Source: a virus (Duplodnaviria; Caudoviricetes). From it: DNA of 26,782 nucleotides. Positions 25,556 to 26,782 of this stretch are shown here, one piece after another. Made by a program: the position numbers and the translations under genes. The notes under the pieces were generated by a model. It was given only the letters and a program-made list of their open reading frames with translations. It was not told the DNA's origin and searched no databases. The stretch is from positions 1-26,782 of the IMG/VR virus record IMGVR_UViG_3300049485_000039, one strand, 5' to 3'. The stretch's first letter is position 1; every line of letters begins with the position of its first letter.

Positions 25556-26782
25556 TCAGTTCCTGTAGTACGGACCCTTCCAAGTCGTCGGCATCGCGTC
25601 GTTCTGCACGTCCGTCGAGACAGATGCCGGGGCACCGCCGACCGCCATCGTGTTACCTCGTGAGGTCATTCGCCTGCCGCCCATCGTCAGGTCAGCATTG
25701 GAGCTCGGCCCACGGTAGAAGCGGTTGTTCTCGGCGACGAAATCCTCGACCCCGTGAAGGCTTGTATCGTTCATCGGCTGCATGGTCACCATCCACGATC
25801 CTGGGAAGTTCACTGTGCCGACAACGTTGTTTGCGAACACCACTCTGGAACTGGCGGGCGAGGTTCCGCCGCTCAACAGGTCGGTGATCGGGTTCAGCCC
25901 GCCCGAGTGAAGCTTGACCGCGTGGCGGATACCGGCGCCGCCGCTGGTGTAGTGCGACCCGCCGAAGAAGTTGTGACCGATGAACATATCGGCCGCGACG
26001 AACAGGCGCAGCGTGTGCTCGTCCGCAAGGTCTGCATCGTTGCCCATGATGACAGACTTGCGATACATGCCCATGATGACGAGGTTGTTGCGTGCGTTGT
26101 CCTGCACTTGGCCGCGCAAGTAGTTTTCGACGATGAACACTTCCTTGGGCCAATGAAGCGCGCTGCGCACCGCTGCGGCGCCGTTGTCGTAGTAGTAACC
26201 CGCAGTCGATCCCATGTCGATCAAGCCTGTGCGCCCGACAGTCGTGAGGGTGTTGCGGTACAGCAGGAAACGGCTGGTCGTCGGCTCTACGAATACGTTG
26301 CCTGACCCGATGTTCAGGTCCATCACGGTCCAGTCGCTGACCCAGGGCGCGATGCTGGTCGAGACGCCTGCGTTGACACCAGCGACTATCGGCTTTGCCC
26401 CGGTGCCATAGGCCCCTACCTGGAACCCTGAATCGGTGTTGCGGGGTGTGATCGTGCCGAACGACTCACCACGCCGAAGCAGTACGCGCTTGCCGGCATA
26501 CGCCGAAGGCAGCGCGGTCTGTGTCGCTGCGCCAGTCGGACAGTCGGTGTACGTGGCCGAGGTAGACACGCAGATCGTGTTGGTCCCTGCGAATACCGCC
26601 GCTGGATCATTCACGGTGATGGTGACGCTGGCGCCGCCGACCGTTGCGGTGTAGGTGCCCGGCAGATCATAGACATGCGCCGCGATGGGTCCACCCGTCT
26701 GCGTGTTCTTCGGCAATCCAGAGATGGCCCACGACTGGCCGCGCTCGTCGCCGAAGTTGAAGCTATAGACCCCGTTGAAGGC
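25556..26782 (-). CDS. PKD domain plus right-handed beta-helix (pectin-lyase-like) protein, 5'-partial
   Basis: Frame is open to the window edge (AFNGVYSFNFGDERG...AAHVYDLPGTYTATV, PKD motif). It then has TICVS, VLLRRGESF and repeated Asn-ladder strands (FIVENY, IMGND, FIGHNF, VFANNV, VAENNRF). Confidence 0.72.
   Translation of the reverse strand, partial: AFNGVYSFNFGDERGQSWAISGLPKNTQTGGPIAAHVYDLPGTYTATVGGASVTITVNDPAAVFAGTNTICVSTSATYTDCPTGAATQTALPSAYAGKRVLLRRGESFGTITPRNTDSGFQVGAYGTGAKPIVAGVNAGVSTSIAPWVSDWTVMDLNIGSGNVFVEPTTSRFLLYRNTLTTVGRTGLIDMGSTAGYYYDNGAAAVRSALHWPKEVFIVENYLRGQVQDNARNNLVIMGMYRKSVIMGNDADLADEHTLRLFVAADMFIGHNFFGGSHYTSGGAGIRHAVKLHSGGLNPITDLLSGGTSPASSRVVFANNVVGTVNFPGSWMVTMQPMNDTSLHGVEDFVAENNRFYRGPSSNADLTMGGRRMTSRGNTMAVGGAPASVSTDVQNDAMPTTWKGPYYRN

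Larger units (their letters stand above)
1..26782 (-). mobile_element. Siphovirus-type phage/prophage late operon (neck, tail, lysis and accessory glyco-genes), partial
   Basis: Canonical gene order connector-closure-gp10-terminator-tail tube-TAC-TMP-Dit-hub-peptidase-tip-fibre-lysis, all on the minus strand with many ATGA/TGATG/TAATG overlaps. No integrase, att site or host gene is visible, so phage versus prophage cannot be decided. Confidence 0.97.

Noticed and set aside
1-26782. Numerous plus-strand ORFs (e.g. 6658..7383, 15117..15863, 23129..24052)
   Set aside because: All are antisense shadows of well-supported minus-strand genes in GC-rich DNA, with no recognisable motifs.
1-26782. 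CRISPR arrays, tRNA/rRNA genes, IS elements
   Set aside because: None recognised; the window is almost fully protein-coding with no regularly spaced repeats or transposase motifs.

Overview
The window is a continuous, translationally coupled minus-strand late operon of a tailed (siphovirus-type) phage or prophage. A two-component spanin implies a Gram-negative host. Reading right to left: a partial PKD/beta-helix protein, a Tat-lipoprotein glycoside hydrolase, a GT2-like glycosyltransferase and methyltransferase pair, and a collagen-repeat protein. Next come the neck genes (gp6-like connector, head closure, HK97-gp10, DUF3168) and the tail tube. A 4.3-kb glycosyltransferase/methyltransferase island follows, then the tail assembly chaperone with a -1 frameshift, a lambda-type tape measure protein, an RcGTA-type tail tip (DUF2460, DUF2163, NlpC/P60, megatron/J-like), fibre and lectin genes, and the lysis cassette. 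Head and packaging genes lie outside the window. The standout is a set of six putative glycosyltransferases and three SAM methyltransferases woven into the virion morphogenesis genes, a candidate phage-encoded virion glycosylation and glycan-methylation system. Family calls come from motif recognition by eye, not database searches.
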